Source: Candidatus Woykebacteria bacterium RBG_13_40_15
Lineage (GTDB): Bacteria > Patescibacteriota > Microgenomatia > Woykebacterales > RBG-16-39-9b
DNA: 64,000 nucleotides
Reading direction: 5' to 3'
NCBI GenBank assembly: GCA_001816655.1
Contig: MHCP01000030.1
Location: 5,623 to 69,622, forward strand
This document shows positions 1 through 9,878 of this stretch, piece after piece. Made by a program: the position numbers and the translations under genes. Numbering within the stretch: the first letter of the stretch is position 1; every line of letters begins with the position of its first letter. The notes under the pieces were generated by a model. It worked only from the letters and a program-made list of their open reading frames with translations, had not been told where the DNA came from and ran no database searches.

Positions 1-361
1 AACCATTTTTCTTTAGGTAATCGAGAAAAATTCCAGCACCACAACCAATTTCCAAAATCTCCTTTCCTTTTAAATAAACTTTTATTGCCTTTAGTCTCTT
101 CTCATAACCCAATCGGTATGCTACTTTTGGGTTCTCAAGATATTCTAAGGCTAAATCTTCTTTTTCAGCGTTAACAGAAATAACTTGTTTATCGTACATC
201 TCTTTTAAGTATTTCCTGGTTGGCTTAGGATAAGTTGAAATTAAATTACAATTTAAGCATTTAACTACACTGTAGCCATTCACATTTTTGTAAACAGTCG
301 AAAAGTTTTTTGAATTACAAAGAATGCATGTAAAGCTAATCTTTTTTGAATTTACTTTCAT
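1..361 (-). CDS. Class I SAM-dependent methyltransferase with N-terminal Cys pairs (3' end outside the window)
   Basis: Hand translation from ATG at 361: MKVNSKKISFTCILCNS...VVKCLNCN...KEILEIGCGAGIFLDYLKKNG. Contains the SAM-binding ExGCGxG motif and two CxxC pairs; not in the ORF track because it runs off the edge. Confidence 0.8.
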   Translation of the reverse strand, partial: MKVNSKKISFTCILCNSKNFSTVYKNVNGYSVVKCLNCNLISTYPKPTRKYLKEMYDKQVISVNAEKEDLALEYLENPKVAYRLGYEKRLKAIKVYLKGKEILEIGCGAGIFLDYLKKNG

Positions 362-1268
362 AAATTCCCTTCAAATAACCACTAAACTCTGCTAGGTCGT
401 AAGTAACAGTTAGAATAGGTGCCAAAATGATGGTTTCAATTTTTGGAATCTTTCCCGCAACCCTCAAATCTCTTTTCAGGAAAAATAAAATTAACCCCAA
501 AAAAAAGATAACGAACAAATATTTGAACCAGAAACTTAAAATAAACAAACCCAATCCAAAAATATAAATTGAAAACTTTTTCAAATATGCTTGCCAGCTA
601 ATAAGATCTAAACCATCACCAATTGCGTAATTGTGATACTGCTTAAAAAACTCAATTAGATTACTTCTTGGTCTCCAGTAAACAACTGCTTTTGGCGCGA
701 AAACAAATTTGTAGCTTGATTTTTTTACGGCTATATCAAATGGTGTGTCTTCGTTGTAACGAGTGTACTCTGGGTAACCGCCTGCTTTTTCCCAAACCTC
801 CCTGCGAAAAGCTATAGAACGAGCTGATGGAAGCCAATTTTCAGGATCAATTTCTTCAGGACTTTGAGTCAGCATTGTTGAGTAAATTCTTTCAAAAAAG
901 GTTTCTGGTTTACTTTCGAAAAAGCCAGCTACGGCCATGACAGAGCTATCTTCAAAGGGCTTTATAATTTCGTTGAACCAATTTCGGTCTGCAACCGTAC
1001 CGCCATCTGTAACAGCGATAACAGAGTTTCTTGATTCCTTAATTGCCGCATTTCTACCGATAGATCGATTGCCTGGTTTAGTTATTAGTTTTATTAGTGC
1101 ACCATCTTTTATTAATTTTTTTACTTTCTCAACAGTACTATCCGTAGAACCACCATCACAAATTACAATTTCGTCTGGTTTAACAGACTGATTCAGTAAG
1201 GCCTGGATGAATTTTTCAATTGTTCCTTCCTCATTCAATACTGTTGTAACTATTGAAGCCTTGATCAT
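336..1268 (-). CDS. Glycosyltransferase family 2
   Basis: N-terminal SIVTTVLNE, DGGSTD motif, GGY..EDT motif, C-terminal TM segments. Confidence 0.9.
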   Translation of the reverse strand: MIKASIVTTVLNEEGTIEKFIQALLNQSVKPDEIVICDGGSTDSTVEKVKKLIKDGALIKLITKPGNRSIGRNAAIKESRNSVIAVTDGGTVADRNWFNEIIKPFEDSSVMAVAGFFESKPETFFERIYSTMLTQSPEEIDPENWLPSARSIAFRREVWEKAGGYPEYTRYNEDTPFDIAVKKSSYKFVFAPKAVVYWRPRSNLIEFFKQYHNYAIGDGLDLISWQAYLKKFSIYIFGLGLFILSFWFKYLFVIFFLGLILFFLKRDLRVAGKIPKIETIILAPILTVTYDLAEFSGYLKGIYESKFKKD

Positions 1269-2350
1269 AAAATTGATTTGTAGATATTCTCTACTTGATC
1301 AGTCGATTTTTCCCAGTCGAATCTTTTTATGTTCTCCTGGCCTAATTCAATTAGTTTTATTCTAAGGTTTTTATCCAGCAAAACCCGACTCATTGCCTCA
1401 GAAATTTCCTTTTCTGAATCCACATCTATTAACAAACCTCCTTTGCCTGTAATTTCCGGCAAAGAAGAATTATTTCCTGTTATAACAGCTGTTCCAGCCT
1501 TTTGCGCCTCCAAAACTGGAAACCCAAAACCCTCGTAAACGGATGGGTAAACTAAAGCTACCGCCGAGGCAAGAGTTCTTTCAAGGGAATCTTGATCCAA
1601 ATAGCCAGGAAATATAACATTATCTTTAATTCTCAAAGAATCAATAAGTGAATCGAACTGTCCTAAGTATTTCCCAACAATTAACAGGCTTATCTTTTCT
1701 CTTTTTCTCAATTCAGCAAAGGCTTTGATTAAATTTGGAATATTTTTTCTCGGATCGATACCGCCAAGATAAACAAAGTAAGGGCCGAATTTTTCTAAAT
1801 CTTGATTTATTTTCTTACCACAAACCTTAATTTTGTGATTAATTCCTGGGTAGCAAACTTCGGTTTTACCAGCCGACTTTGGAAAATATTTTTTTAAATC
1901 ATTACTTGTGTTTTCTGAGTCTGTCAGTACTTTTCTTGATTTTTTTACCGACGTAGTCATATTAAAATTATACAGAGGTTGGTCCAACAACTTGCTTTTT
2001 GCAGAAGAAAAATAACCTCCCCAAGCCTTCGGAATTACGTCATGAACTGTGAGAACGGACGGTATATTGGAGAAAACTGGCAGTCCAAAGTTCCAAGTCG
2101 CATGATAAATATCTGGCTTTTCCTTATTCAAAAATTTTGGCAAAATAATCTGTTCCCAATAAGTCCTGCTTTTTCCCTTAAGAATTTTTATAGAAATGTT
2201 GGAGTGCTTCGGAACAAAGTTTGGGATTGAGTGATAAAGCAGACTGACTTTGTATCCCCTCTCCGCCAATCTTAATGCGGTTTCAAGAACTATTCGTCCT
2301 ACTCCGGTAACTTCCAGACAGGCTGCTCTGGCATCAAAAAATATTTTCAT
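1265..2350 (-). CDS. Glycosyltransferase family 4 (group 1)
   Basis: RKN motif and YPSVYEGFGFPVLEA (ExFGxxxxE). Confidence 0.92.
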   Translation of the reverse strand: MKIFFDARAACLEVTGVGRIVLETALRLAERGYKVSLLYHSIPNFVPKHSNISIKILKGKSRTYWEQIILPKFLNKEKPDIYHATWNFGLPVFSNIPSVLTVHDVIPKAWGGYFSSAKSKLLDQPLYNFNMTTSVKKSRKVLTDSENTSNDLKKYFPKSAGKTEVCYPGINHKIKVCGKKINQDLEKFGPYFVYLGGIDPRKNIPNLIKAFAELRKREKISLLIVGKYLGQFDSLIDSLRIKDNVIFPGYLDQDSLERTLASAVALVYPSVYEGFGFPVLEAQKAGTAVITGNNSSLPEITGKGGLLIDVDSEKEISEAMSRVLLDKNLRIKLIELGQENIKRFDWEKSTDQVENIYKSIL

Positions 2351-2369
2351 TATTAAAACCTATTAATAC

Positions 2370-3713
2370 TTAAAAATTGTTTTGTTTATCTGCTGTGCTT
2401 AACTCTGGTAATTTATTTGAAATATAAATACTATAGATAATTACAGCAAGGGAGCCAAAAATTGTCGATATAAGAAAGGTCAACGCAGCCCCCACACTCC
2501 CCATTCTAGGTATTAAAAGCAGATTAAGACCAAAAACAAGCGCTAATTGAATATAGTTGGTCAAGGTAATATAAGCGTTTTTATGCAAACTAAATATAAC
2601 AAGGCTAATTGGGTTTGCGATTGTAGCAATCATATACGAAATTGTAAGAATAGCAAAAGACGGCACTGCCTGGGAATACTTTGCTCCAAATACAATAGAA
2701 ATAACATATGGCGCGAGAATAATTAAAGGTAGTAGCAAAACTACAAAAGCAACAGACAAGGAAAATGTTTTTTTTATGTAACTAAAAAATTTTTCTTTTG
2801 TTCTTTCAATTTTAGAAGCTTTCGGATAAAGCACACTTGTGATAGCGCTTATGAATAGTGGAAAGATTGTTGATAATTGAAATGCAGCACTGTATATTCC
2901 AACCTCGCTACTTTGCCTGAAGTGGGAAAGCATCAATATATCTAGCCTTCCAGCCAAACTAGTCGCAAAAAAGGACAGCATAATCCATTTACTAAAATGG
3001 AAAACTTCTGAAAAAACACTTCTTTGTTCCGCAGCAGTCGATTTATTATAAAGGTAATCTTTTTTAACTAGTAAAAGCCCAATAAAAAATCCCAGTAAAG
3101 GTACCAAAGCGTAAACCCACAAAGCGTTTATTAAAGTAAACTTAGCAATTAAAATGAGGCCTAATATTGATAGAAATCGGAAAGTATTTATAACTATAGG
3201 AAATAAACTAAGACGGGTAAATTGCTCGTAAGTCTGAAAGGCTGCGGGAATAAAAGCCCCAATTGATAGACCAAACCCGCCAATTATCGCTAACCTAAGA
3301 GGGAAAACTAATTGTCCCGGATTGCTTGGTGAAAGAAGATGAGAAAGTGGACCGACTAGTAACATTCCAACGATAAGAATCAATAAACCGATTATTAACT
3401 CAAGTTTGAAAATTAAATTAACAAAGATTTTTGCTTTGTGGCTATCCCGTTCAAGATTTAAATTAAAAAATCTTACCAAGCTACTGCCAAGACCAAAATC
3501 GGTAAAACCAGCTATCAATGTGGCTAATGCCGTTGCTAAAGAAAAGATTCCGAAGGAAGCAGGACCAAGTGTTCTAGAAATTACAGCGATCGTAAAGAAT
3601 GTCACAATAGCTGCCAAAATATTGCCTGAAAAAACCAGACCTGTGTTTACTGCTGTTCTCGAGAAAACCAGAGAATAAATTTTTGGAAAGTGGGACCTAA
3701 AAGTTTCAAGCAT
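2370..3713 (-). CDS. Wzx-like polysaccharide flippase
   Basis: About 12 TM helices, LGPASFG and VGIYSAA motifs, glycan-locus context. Confidence 0.88.
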   Translation of the reverse strand: MLETFRSHFPKIYSLVFSRTAVNTGLVFSGNILAAIVTFFTIAVISRTLGPASFGIFSLATALATLIAGFTDFGLGSSLVRFFNLNLERDSHKAKIFVNLIFKLELIIGLLILIVGMLLVGPLSHLLSPSNPGQLVFPLRLAIIGGFGLSIGAFIPAAFQTYEQFTRLSLFPIVINTFRFLSILGLILIAKFTLINALWVYALVPLLGFFIGLLLVKKDYLYNKSTAAEQRSVFSEVFHFSKWIMLSFFATSLAGRLDILMLSHFRQSSEVGIYSAAFQLSTIFPLFISAITSVLYPKASKIERTKEKFFSYIKKTFSLSVAFVVLLLPLIILAPYVISIVFGAKYSQAVPSFAILTISYMIATIANPISLVIFSLHKNAYITLTNYIQLALVFGLNLLLIPRMGSVGAALTFLISTIFGSLAVIIYSIYISNKLPELSTADKQNNF

Positions 3714-4821
3714 TGAATTTTTTTAAAATTACCTTAACAATTCTACCTGAAGCTTTACCATCACCATAGGGGTTTATTGCCTTTGCCATTTTTTGATAAA
3801 CAGTCTTATCTTTTAATAGTATGTTAGCCTCTTTTACAATTTTCTTTGGGTCTACTCCGATAAGCTTTGCCGTACCAGCGATAACACCCTCTGGTCGCTC
3901 TGTTGTACGACGCAATACAAGAACGGGTTTACCTAGTGCCGGCGCTTCCTCCTGCAAACCCCCTGAATCCGTCATTACAAAATAGACTTTCTTCAAAAGA
4001 GCTGACATATCTGGATAATCTAGTGGTTTAACTAGATAGACTCTCTTATTTTGACCTAATACCTTGTTAGCACTTTCTTTAATTTTTGGGTTTGGGTGAA
4101 CTGGAAATATTACTTCAACATCTGGATTTTTATCGACTACTTCTTTAATCGCCTTATGGATTTTCTCAATTGTTTCTCCCCAGTTTTCCCTTCTGTGCGT
4201 AGTAACCAAAATTACTTTTTTTCTGAAATCTACTTTATTTAATGACTTGTCTAAAAACTTCCTTTCTTTTTCCGTCGCCAAAAAAAGCGCATCGATAACA
4301 GTGTTACCCGTGACAAAAATATTTTCTTTGGGGTGGTTTTCTCGCAGCAAATTGTCTTTTGCGGTCTCTGTATGAGCAAAGTAAATATCACAAAGCACGT
4401 CAATAAGTTGGCGATTCATTTCCTCCGGAAAAGGATCGTATTTGTTGTAGGTACGCAAGCCCGCTTCAATATGAGCAATCGGAATTTTTTGGTAAAACGC
4501 TGCAGTAGCTGCTGAAAAAGCAGTAGGCGTATCTCCTTGTATCAAAACCAAATCTGGCTTTTCATATTCCAAAATTCGCTCCAGTTTATTAAGTATATCT
4601 ACAGAAATTGTCGTTAATGTTTGCTCGGGCATCATAACACCCAAATCGTAATCTGGCTTTATCTTAAAAAATTTCAAAACTTGATCCAAAAGTTCCCTAT
4701 GCTGCGCGGTGACCACTACTTTGTGTTCTACGACTTTCCCTTCAAGTTTTTTTATAACCGGAGCCATCTTTATAGCTTCTGGCCTAGTCCCAAAAATGCT
4801 AAGGATTTTAGCTTTTTTCAT
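3706..4821 (-). CDS. wecB: UDP-N-acetylglucosamine 2-epimerase (non-hydrolysing)
   Basis: GTRPEAIKMAP, QGDT, HIEAGLRT, PFPEEMNR, TDSGGLQEEAP; likely start is the ATG of MKKAK at 4821. Confidence 0.95.
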   Translation of the reverse strand: MKKAKILSIFGTRPEAIKMAPVIKKLEGKVVEHKVVVTAQHRELLDQVLKFFKIKPDYDLGVMMPEQTLTTISVDILNKLERILEYEKPDLVLIQGDTPTAFSAATAAFYQKIPIAHIEAGLRTYNKYDPFPEEMNRQLIDVLCDIYFAHTETAKDNLLRENHPKENIFVTGNTVIDALFLATEKERKFLDKSLNKVDFRKKVILVTTHRRENWGETIEKIHKAIKEVVDKNPDVEVIFPVHPNPKIKESANKVLGQNKRVYLVKPLDYPDMSALLKKVYFVMTDSGGLQEEAPALGKPVLVLRRTTERPEGVIAGTAKLIGVDPKKIVKEANILLKDKTVYQKMAKAINPYGDGKASGRIVKVILKKFNA

Positions 4822-4916
4822 GGTTGTATTGGATTTTAACAGAAGCCCATTTAACAATCAACCAAGTTTAAAATAACTGTTGCAGATTTTTTACCGATAT
4901 CTTATAATTTTTATTC

Positions 4917-5156
4917 ATGAGGAACAAAGACTATCTCTCCATATTTACTTTAATACTTGCACTCTTGATCCTTTCAACCAAAGAGGCCTATGCTTACCTT
5001 GACCCTGGGACAGGCAGCTATATCCTCCAAATACTTATTGCTGGTATATTGGGTGGCCTAGTTGCTATTAGAGCCTTCTGGTCTAATATCAGAGATTTTG
5101 TAAAAGGTTTGTTTAAAAAAGACAAAAAATCTGCTCGCAAGAAAAATGGCAAGTAA
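4917..5156 (+). CDS. Small membrane protein with AYA-YLDPGTGS motif
   Basis: Signal-like N-terminus, YLDPGTGS, second TM helix, basic tail; overlaps the next gene. Confidence 0.7.
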   Translation: MRNKDYLSIFTLILALLILSTKEAYAYLDPGTGSYILQILIAGILGGLVAIRAFWSNIRDFVKGLFKKDKKSARKKNGK

Positions 5157-6534
5157 TCTAGCCTCATCCTCCTTCCGAGACCCATCTGGTTTTGTGTTTA
5201 AGAAGAACAATGTAATCTACCGACAAATAAGTAAGGATTATAAGGAAAACTATGACTATTTAATTAGCTCTGGTTTATACAAAAAGTTAGTTGACGAAGG
5301 TTTGCTGATTCCTCACAAAGAAGTTTCTGAAAATTACTCGCAAAAAGCAGACGCCTACAAAGTTATAAAACCAAAAGAAGTAAGTTTTATCTCTTACCCA
5401 TATGAATGGTGTTTTAGCCAACTGAAAGATGCAGCCCTACTTACATTAAAAATCCAACGGATTTCTCTTGATCACGGCATGTCCTTGAAAGACGCAAGTG
5501 CTTTTAATATACAATTTGTTGAGGGGAAGCCTGTTATAATCGATACTTTATCCTTCGAAAAATACCCTGAAGGGAAACCATGGGTGGCTTATAAACAGTT
5601 TTGCCAGCATTTTTTAGCCCCACTAGCTCTGATGTCTTATACAGATATAGGACTTAATAAATTAGCCCAAATTTATATTGACGGGGTACCTTTGGATCTA
5701 GCCTCAAAGCTGTTGCCTTTCAGATCAAAACTAAAACTAGCACTGTTAATTCATATACATTTGCATGCCGCAAGTCAAAAAAGATACGCTGATAAAAAAC
5801 TAAAAAGTGGTTCGCTTAATTTTAGTCGCAACTCCTTTATTGGTTTGGTAGATAGCCTAGAAAGCGCTATTAAAAATTTAAAATGGAAACCATCAGGTAC
5901 CGAATGGGCAGATTATTACCCTTCAAATAATAACTACGTTTCAGTCTCTTTAAAACAAAAGGGAAAACTCGTCAGCGATTTTCTAAAAATAGCTAAACCG
6001 AAAAACGTCTGGGACATTGGAGGAAACACTGGGCTATTTAGCCGAATTGCTTCCGATAAAGGAATCCAAACAATTTCTTTTGACATAGATCCTGCGGCAG
6101 TTGAACTAAACTACCAAGAAGTTGTAAGAAGAAATGAGCCTAATATTTTGCCGCTTGTAATTGATCTAACAAATCCCAGCCCAGCCATAGGTTGGGTAAA
6201 CAATGAAAGAGAGGCTTTTCTAGATCGCGGCCCTACGGACATGGCTCTGGCTCTCGCTCTTGTACATCATCTTGCTATTTCAAACAACGTACCTTTAGCT
6301 AATCTAGCTGAATTTTTTTCCGTACTTTGCAAAAGTATTATAATAGAATTTGTCCCAAAGGAAGACTCCCAAGTTAAGAAGCTACTTTCTACTAGGGAAG
6401 ATATTTTTCCTAATTACACGCAAAGTGATTTCGAAAAAGAATTTACTAAATTTTTCAAAATAAAAAAATCAGTACCTATAAAAGGCAGCCAAAGAGTCTT
6501 GTACTTAATGACCAATGGTAAAAAGGACAAGTAG
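5146..6534 (+). CDS. NoeA-like SAM-dependent methyltransferase with kinase-like N-terminal region
   Basis: SFRDPSG, SYPYEW, LKDASAFN at the N-terminus; WDIGGNTG SAM motif and LALVHH at the C-terminus. Confidence 0.75.
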   Translation: MASNLASSSFRDPSGFVFKKNNVIYRQISKDYKENYDYLISSGLYKKLVDEGLLIPHKEVSENYSQKADAYKVIKPKEVSFISYPYEWCFSQLKDAALLTLKIQRISLDHGMSLKDASAFNIQFVEGKPVIIDTLSFEKYPEGKPWVAYKQFCQHFLAPLALMSYTDIGLNKLAQIYIDGVPLDLASKLLPFRSKLKLALLIHIHLHAASQKRYADKKLKSGSLNFSRNSFIGLVDSLESAIKNLKWKPSGTEWADYYPSNNNYVSVSLKQKGKLVSDFLKIAKPKNVWDIGGNTGLFSRIASDKGIQTISFDIDPAAVELNYQEVVRRNEPNILPLVIDLTNPSPAIGWVNNEREAFLDRGPTDMALALALVHHLAISNNVPLANLAEFFSVLCKSIIIEFVPKEDSQVKKLLSTREDIFPNYTQSDFEKEFTKFFKIKKSVPIKGSQRVLYLMTNGKKDK

Positions 6535-8155
6535 GCTAAAAATCCCGAAAAAATATAATCAAGTTGTAAAAACTATACAAAATTCAGGGGCTAAAATTTT
6601 CTTATTTCCTTTTCACCCAATCTTATTTGCCATTTACCCAATATTGTTTTTATATAACCAGAACATAAAAGAAGTTTATTTATCCGAAACAATAATTCCC
6701 TTATCAATCTCATTAATCTCTGCCACAATTATTTTGGTGAGCTTTAATTTCGTCTTCAAGAGTATAAACAAGGCAGCTTTTTTTTCTTCTTTGTTCATAA
6801 TTATATTCTTTTCTCACGGCCATCTTCATAAATTAATTGGGGAAAGGCCCTTCTGGATCTGGTCTTTCAAAATAGGCGTGGACAAGACTTTATTTTTTGT
6901 TTGGGTTTTATTGCTCACCTCTACAATTTTTTTTCTTTTGAGAACAAGAAAGAAATTGTTGACATTTAAAATCACTTTAAATATTGTTGCTATCTTCCTT
7001 GTTTTAATACCCCTATCGAGTATTACTTTGTATGAATTGTCGTCTGGAAGAATCTTAAAGAGAGGCTATTCCGAAAAAACGGCAAAGGAGTTAACAGAAG
7101 ATAAAAGAAACCCCGCCGGTAAAAACCCTGACATATATTACTTAATATTTGATTCTTACGCTGGTAATGATACTATCGAAGGCCTTTATAAATATGATAA
7201 CAGTAGCTTTATGAACTTCCTAAAAGAAAGGGGATTTTATATAGCTACAAAAAGTAACGCAAATTATGCTAAATCATCTCTCTCCTTAGCCTCTTCTCTA
7301 AACATAATGTTCCTCAACGATTTAAGCCAGAGGGCGGGTAATAACTCAAGCGAAACCTTACTTTATCCTTTGATTGAAGACAACAAAGTGGTTTCGTTTT
7401 TAAAATCCGCAGGGTACAACTACTACCATGTAGGGTCTTGGTGGCCCCCCACAAGCAAAAATAGAAATGCGACAAAGAGTTATCAACCAAATGGTGTTTC
7501 ATATTCAGATAATTTTTCTTCTAGATTAATCGACACTACTGCCCTGCTCCCTATAATAAGAGTTCTTTTCCCAAATACTGTTTATTGGGATGATTGGGAA
7601 AGACATTACAAAATAGCTATATTTCAACTTAATACTCTTGAAACAGTAGTTAATAAAAGAGGGCCGAAATTTGTCTTTGCCCACGTCCTACTACCCCATG
7701 GGCCGTTTGTTTTTGGAAAAAATTGTGAATACGTATCAAGAGGGCAACTGGAAAAGAAACCGTCTCGAAATGGCTATTTAGATCAGTTGTCTTGCACTAA
7801 CAAAAAAATCGAGACCCTTGTCGATAAAATACTAGAAGTATCAAAAGAGCCGCCTATAATCATATTGCAAGCTGATGAGGGCGGACCATTCATTAAATAC
7901 AAAAATAATGGAAATAATTATAAGGATTTTAATGACGAGACCCTAAAAGAAAGATATCGGATCATAAACGCTTACTATCTCCCAGGTGTTAAGGATAATC
8001 ATTTGTATAGTACAATAACGCCGGTAAATTCTTTTCGTCTTATCTTTAATCTATATTTTGATAAAAAACTTGATCTTCTTCCAGATAAAAGCTACGCCTA
8101 TGAAAACCTTGACCATCTTTATAAATTTTTTGAGATAACTGAAAGGATAAACTAG
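6515..8155 (+). CDS. Membrane-anchored sulfatase/LTA-synthase-like (alkaline phosphatase superfamily) protein
   Basis: About 5 TM helices, then PDIYYLIFDSY, HVLLPHGPF, IIILQADEG. Confidence 0.78.
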   Translation: MVKRTSRLKIPKKYNQVVKTIQNSGAKIFLFPFHPILFAIYPILFLYNQNIKEVYLSETIIPLSISLISATIILVSFNFVFKSINKAAFFSSLFIIIFFSHGHLHKLIGERPFWIWSFKIGVDKTLFFVWVLLLTSTIFFLLRTRKKLLTFKITLNIVAIFLVLIPLSSITLYELSSGRILKRGYSEKTAKELTEDKRNPAGKNPDIYYLIFDSYAGNDTIEGLYKYDNSSFMNFLKERGFYIATKSNANYAKSSLSLASSLNIMFLNDLSQRAGNNSSETLLYPLIEDNKVVSFLKSAGYNYYHVGSWWPPTSKNRNATKSYQPNGVSYSDNFSSRLIDTTALLPIIRVLFPNTVYWDDWERHYKIAIFQLNTLETVVNKRGPKFVFAHVLLPHGPFVFGKNCEYVSRGQLEKKPSRNGYLDQLSCTNKKIETLVDKILEVSKEPPIIILQADEGGPFIKYKNNGNNYKDFNDETLKERYRIINAYYLPGVKDNHLYSTITPVNSFRLIFNLYFDKKLDLLPDKSYAYENLDHLYKFFEITERIN

Positions 8156-8250
8156 CTAAACCAAGACAGGTTTGAAGTAATCTCGCAACTTGTTTAGAAT
8201 AAAAATTCTTTATCAGTTTAAATATTAGCGACTTACCTAACTAGCAACAA

Positions 8251-9864
8251 ATGACAAGAACACAAAACAGGATTAAAACTTCGTACAATTATTCCCAAAT
8301 TTTAAAAGGCGCCCAGTCTTTTGGAAACAAAATTTTGTCTTTTCCTTTTCACCCATTTCTTTTCGCCCTATTTCCCATTTTGTTTTTCTATTCAATTAAT
8401 ATAAAGGAGGCTATTTTTAGTGAAGCGATTCCTGTTTTAGCAATATCGATTGTCGCAACTGCTGTTTTATTTGCAATCTTTAGTTTTAGTGTCAAGAACG
8501 TTCAAAAAAGTGCTATCCTGTTATCGACCATAATTTTAGAATTTTTTTCCTACGGCCACGCAAGCAAAGTGATTGGAACTATAAACTTCAAGCTATTTAT
8601 ATTCCCCATTGGTAACGACAAAATTCTTTTTAGTATCTGCGTCTTGGTACTTGCCGTAGTAATATATTTTTTGTTTGCCAAAAGACTCAGCTATTTTAAA
8701 GCTACGAGAGTATTAAATATCATTTCAATAATCCTTGTATCTATTTCACTTTTTAACATTATCTCTTATCACTTAAGTCAAAGGGATTTTAATCTTCCGA
8801 TACAAAAAACAAAAATACTTGGACAATCAACGGTTTCAAATAACAAACCAGACATCTACTATATTATTTTGGATAGGTATGCTGGCGAAAAAACATTAAA
8901 AAGTTACAATTACGACAATAGCGATTTTACAAATTATCTAACCAGCAAGGGCTTTTTTGTTACTGAAGAGAGTACCAGCAATTACCCAAGAACCTCACTT
9001 TCGCTTGCTTCATCACTGAATATGGATTTCGTTCAAAACCTGATAGGAGGGCGGAACAGAGACGCTTCCGGGGAAAATTTGATGTACCCACTTTTGCAGG
9101 ATAACACCGTAGAAAAATTTTTGAAATCTCAGGGTTATAAATATTTTCACTTTGGGTCGTGGTGGGAACCAACGAAAGTAAACAAAAATGCTGATAAAAA
9201 CTTTTATCTGGAAGCAACAAGCTTCATAAAGCCAGGCGAATTTACAAGTAAGTTTCTAAGTACCACAATGGCCGAACCAATTATCGAACTAGTGTCTCCG
9301 AAAACAATACTTGATGAACCAATGAACCACCGAAATCGAATTTATTTACAGTTTGAAAAGTTACCAACAGTTGTTTCCGAAAAAGGGCCAAAATTTGTTT
9401 TTGCCCACATTTTAATCCCACACCCACCATATGTTTTTGGAAAAAAATGCGAAGAAAAAACCCAAGAACAAGCTAAAAAAGAGACTGAGATGGAAAATTA
9501 CAAAGAACAATTAAGTTGCGCCAATATCAAGGTAAAAAAATTGGTGTATGAGATACTAAAAAAATCAAAAAATCCCCCAGTAATAATTTTGCAAGCAGAT
9601 GAAGGCCCATATCCAATCAAAAATGGCGGTAAAACAGCAGCAAGTAACGAATGGCTCAAGGAAAAATTTCCTATCTTAAATGCTTATTATCTAGCAGGGA
9701 AAAAAGTAGATATTCCAAATGATATTACCCCTGTTAACTCATTTCGGTTGGTATTCAATGTCTTTTTTGACACCAATTTAAAGTTTTTTCCCAACAAGAA
9801 CTATATGTACGAAAGTCTCAACCACCTTTATAGGCTCACCGAAGTTACTGATAAACTGAAGTAA
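8251..9864 (+). CDS. Membrane-anchored sulfatase/LTA-synthase-like protein (tandem paralog)
   Basis: PDIYYIILDRY, HILIPHPPY, IILQADEG; colinear with the previous gene. Confidence 0.78.
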   Translation: MTRTQNRIKTSYNYSQILKGAQSFGNKILSFPFHPFLFALFPILFFYSINIKEAIFSEAIPVLAISIVATAVLFAIFSFSVKNVQKSAILLSTIILEFFSYGHASKVIGTINFKLFIFPIGNDKILFSICVLVLAVVIYFLFAKRLSYFKATRVLNIISIILVSISLFNIISYHLSQRDFNLPIQKTKILGQSTVSNNKPDIYYIILDRYAGEKTLKSYNYDNSDFTNYLTSKGFFVTEESTSNYPRTSLSLASSLNMDFVQNLIGGRNRDASGENLMYPLLQDNTVEKFLKSQGYKYFHFGSWWEPTKVNKNADKNFYLEATSFIKPGEFTSKFLSTTMAEPIIELVSPKTILDEPMNHRNRIYLQFEKLPTVVSEKGPKFVFAHILIPHPPYVFGKKCEEKTQEQAKKETEMENYKEQLSCANIKVKKLVYEILKKSKNPPVIILQADEGPYPIKNGGKTAASNEWLKEKFPILNAYYLAGKKVDIPNDITPVNSFRLVFNVFFDTNLKFFPNKNYMYESLNHLYRLTEVTDKLK

Positions 9865-9878
9865 ATAAAAAATTTAGC

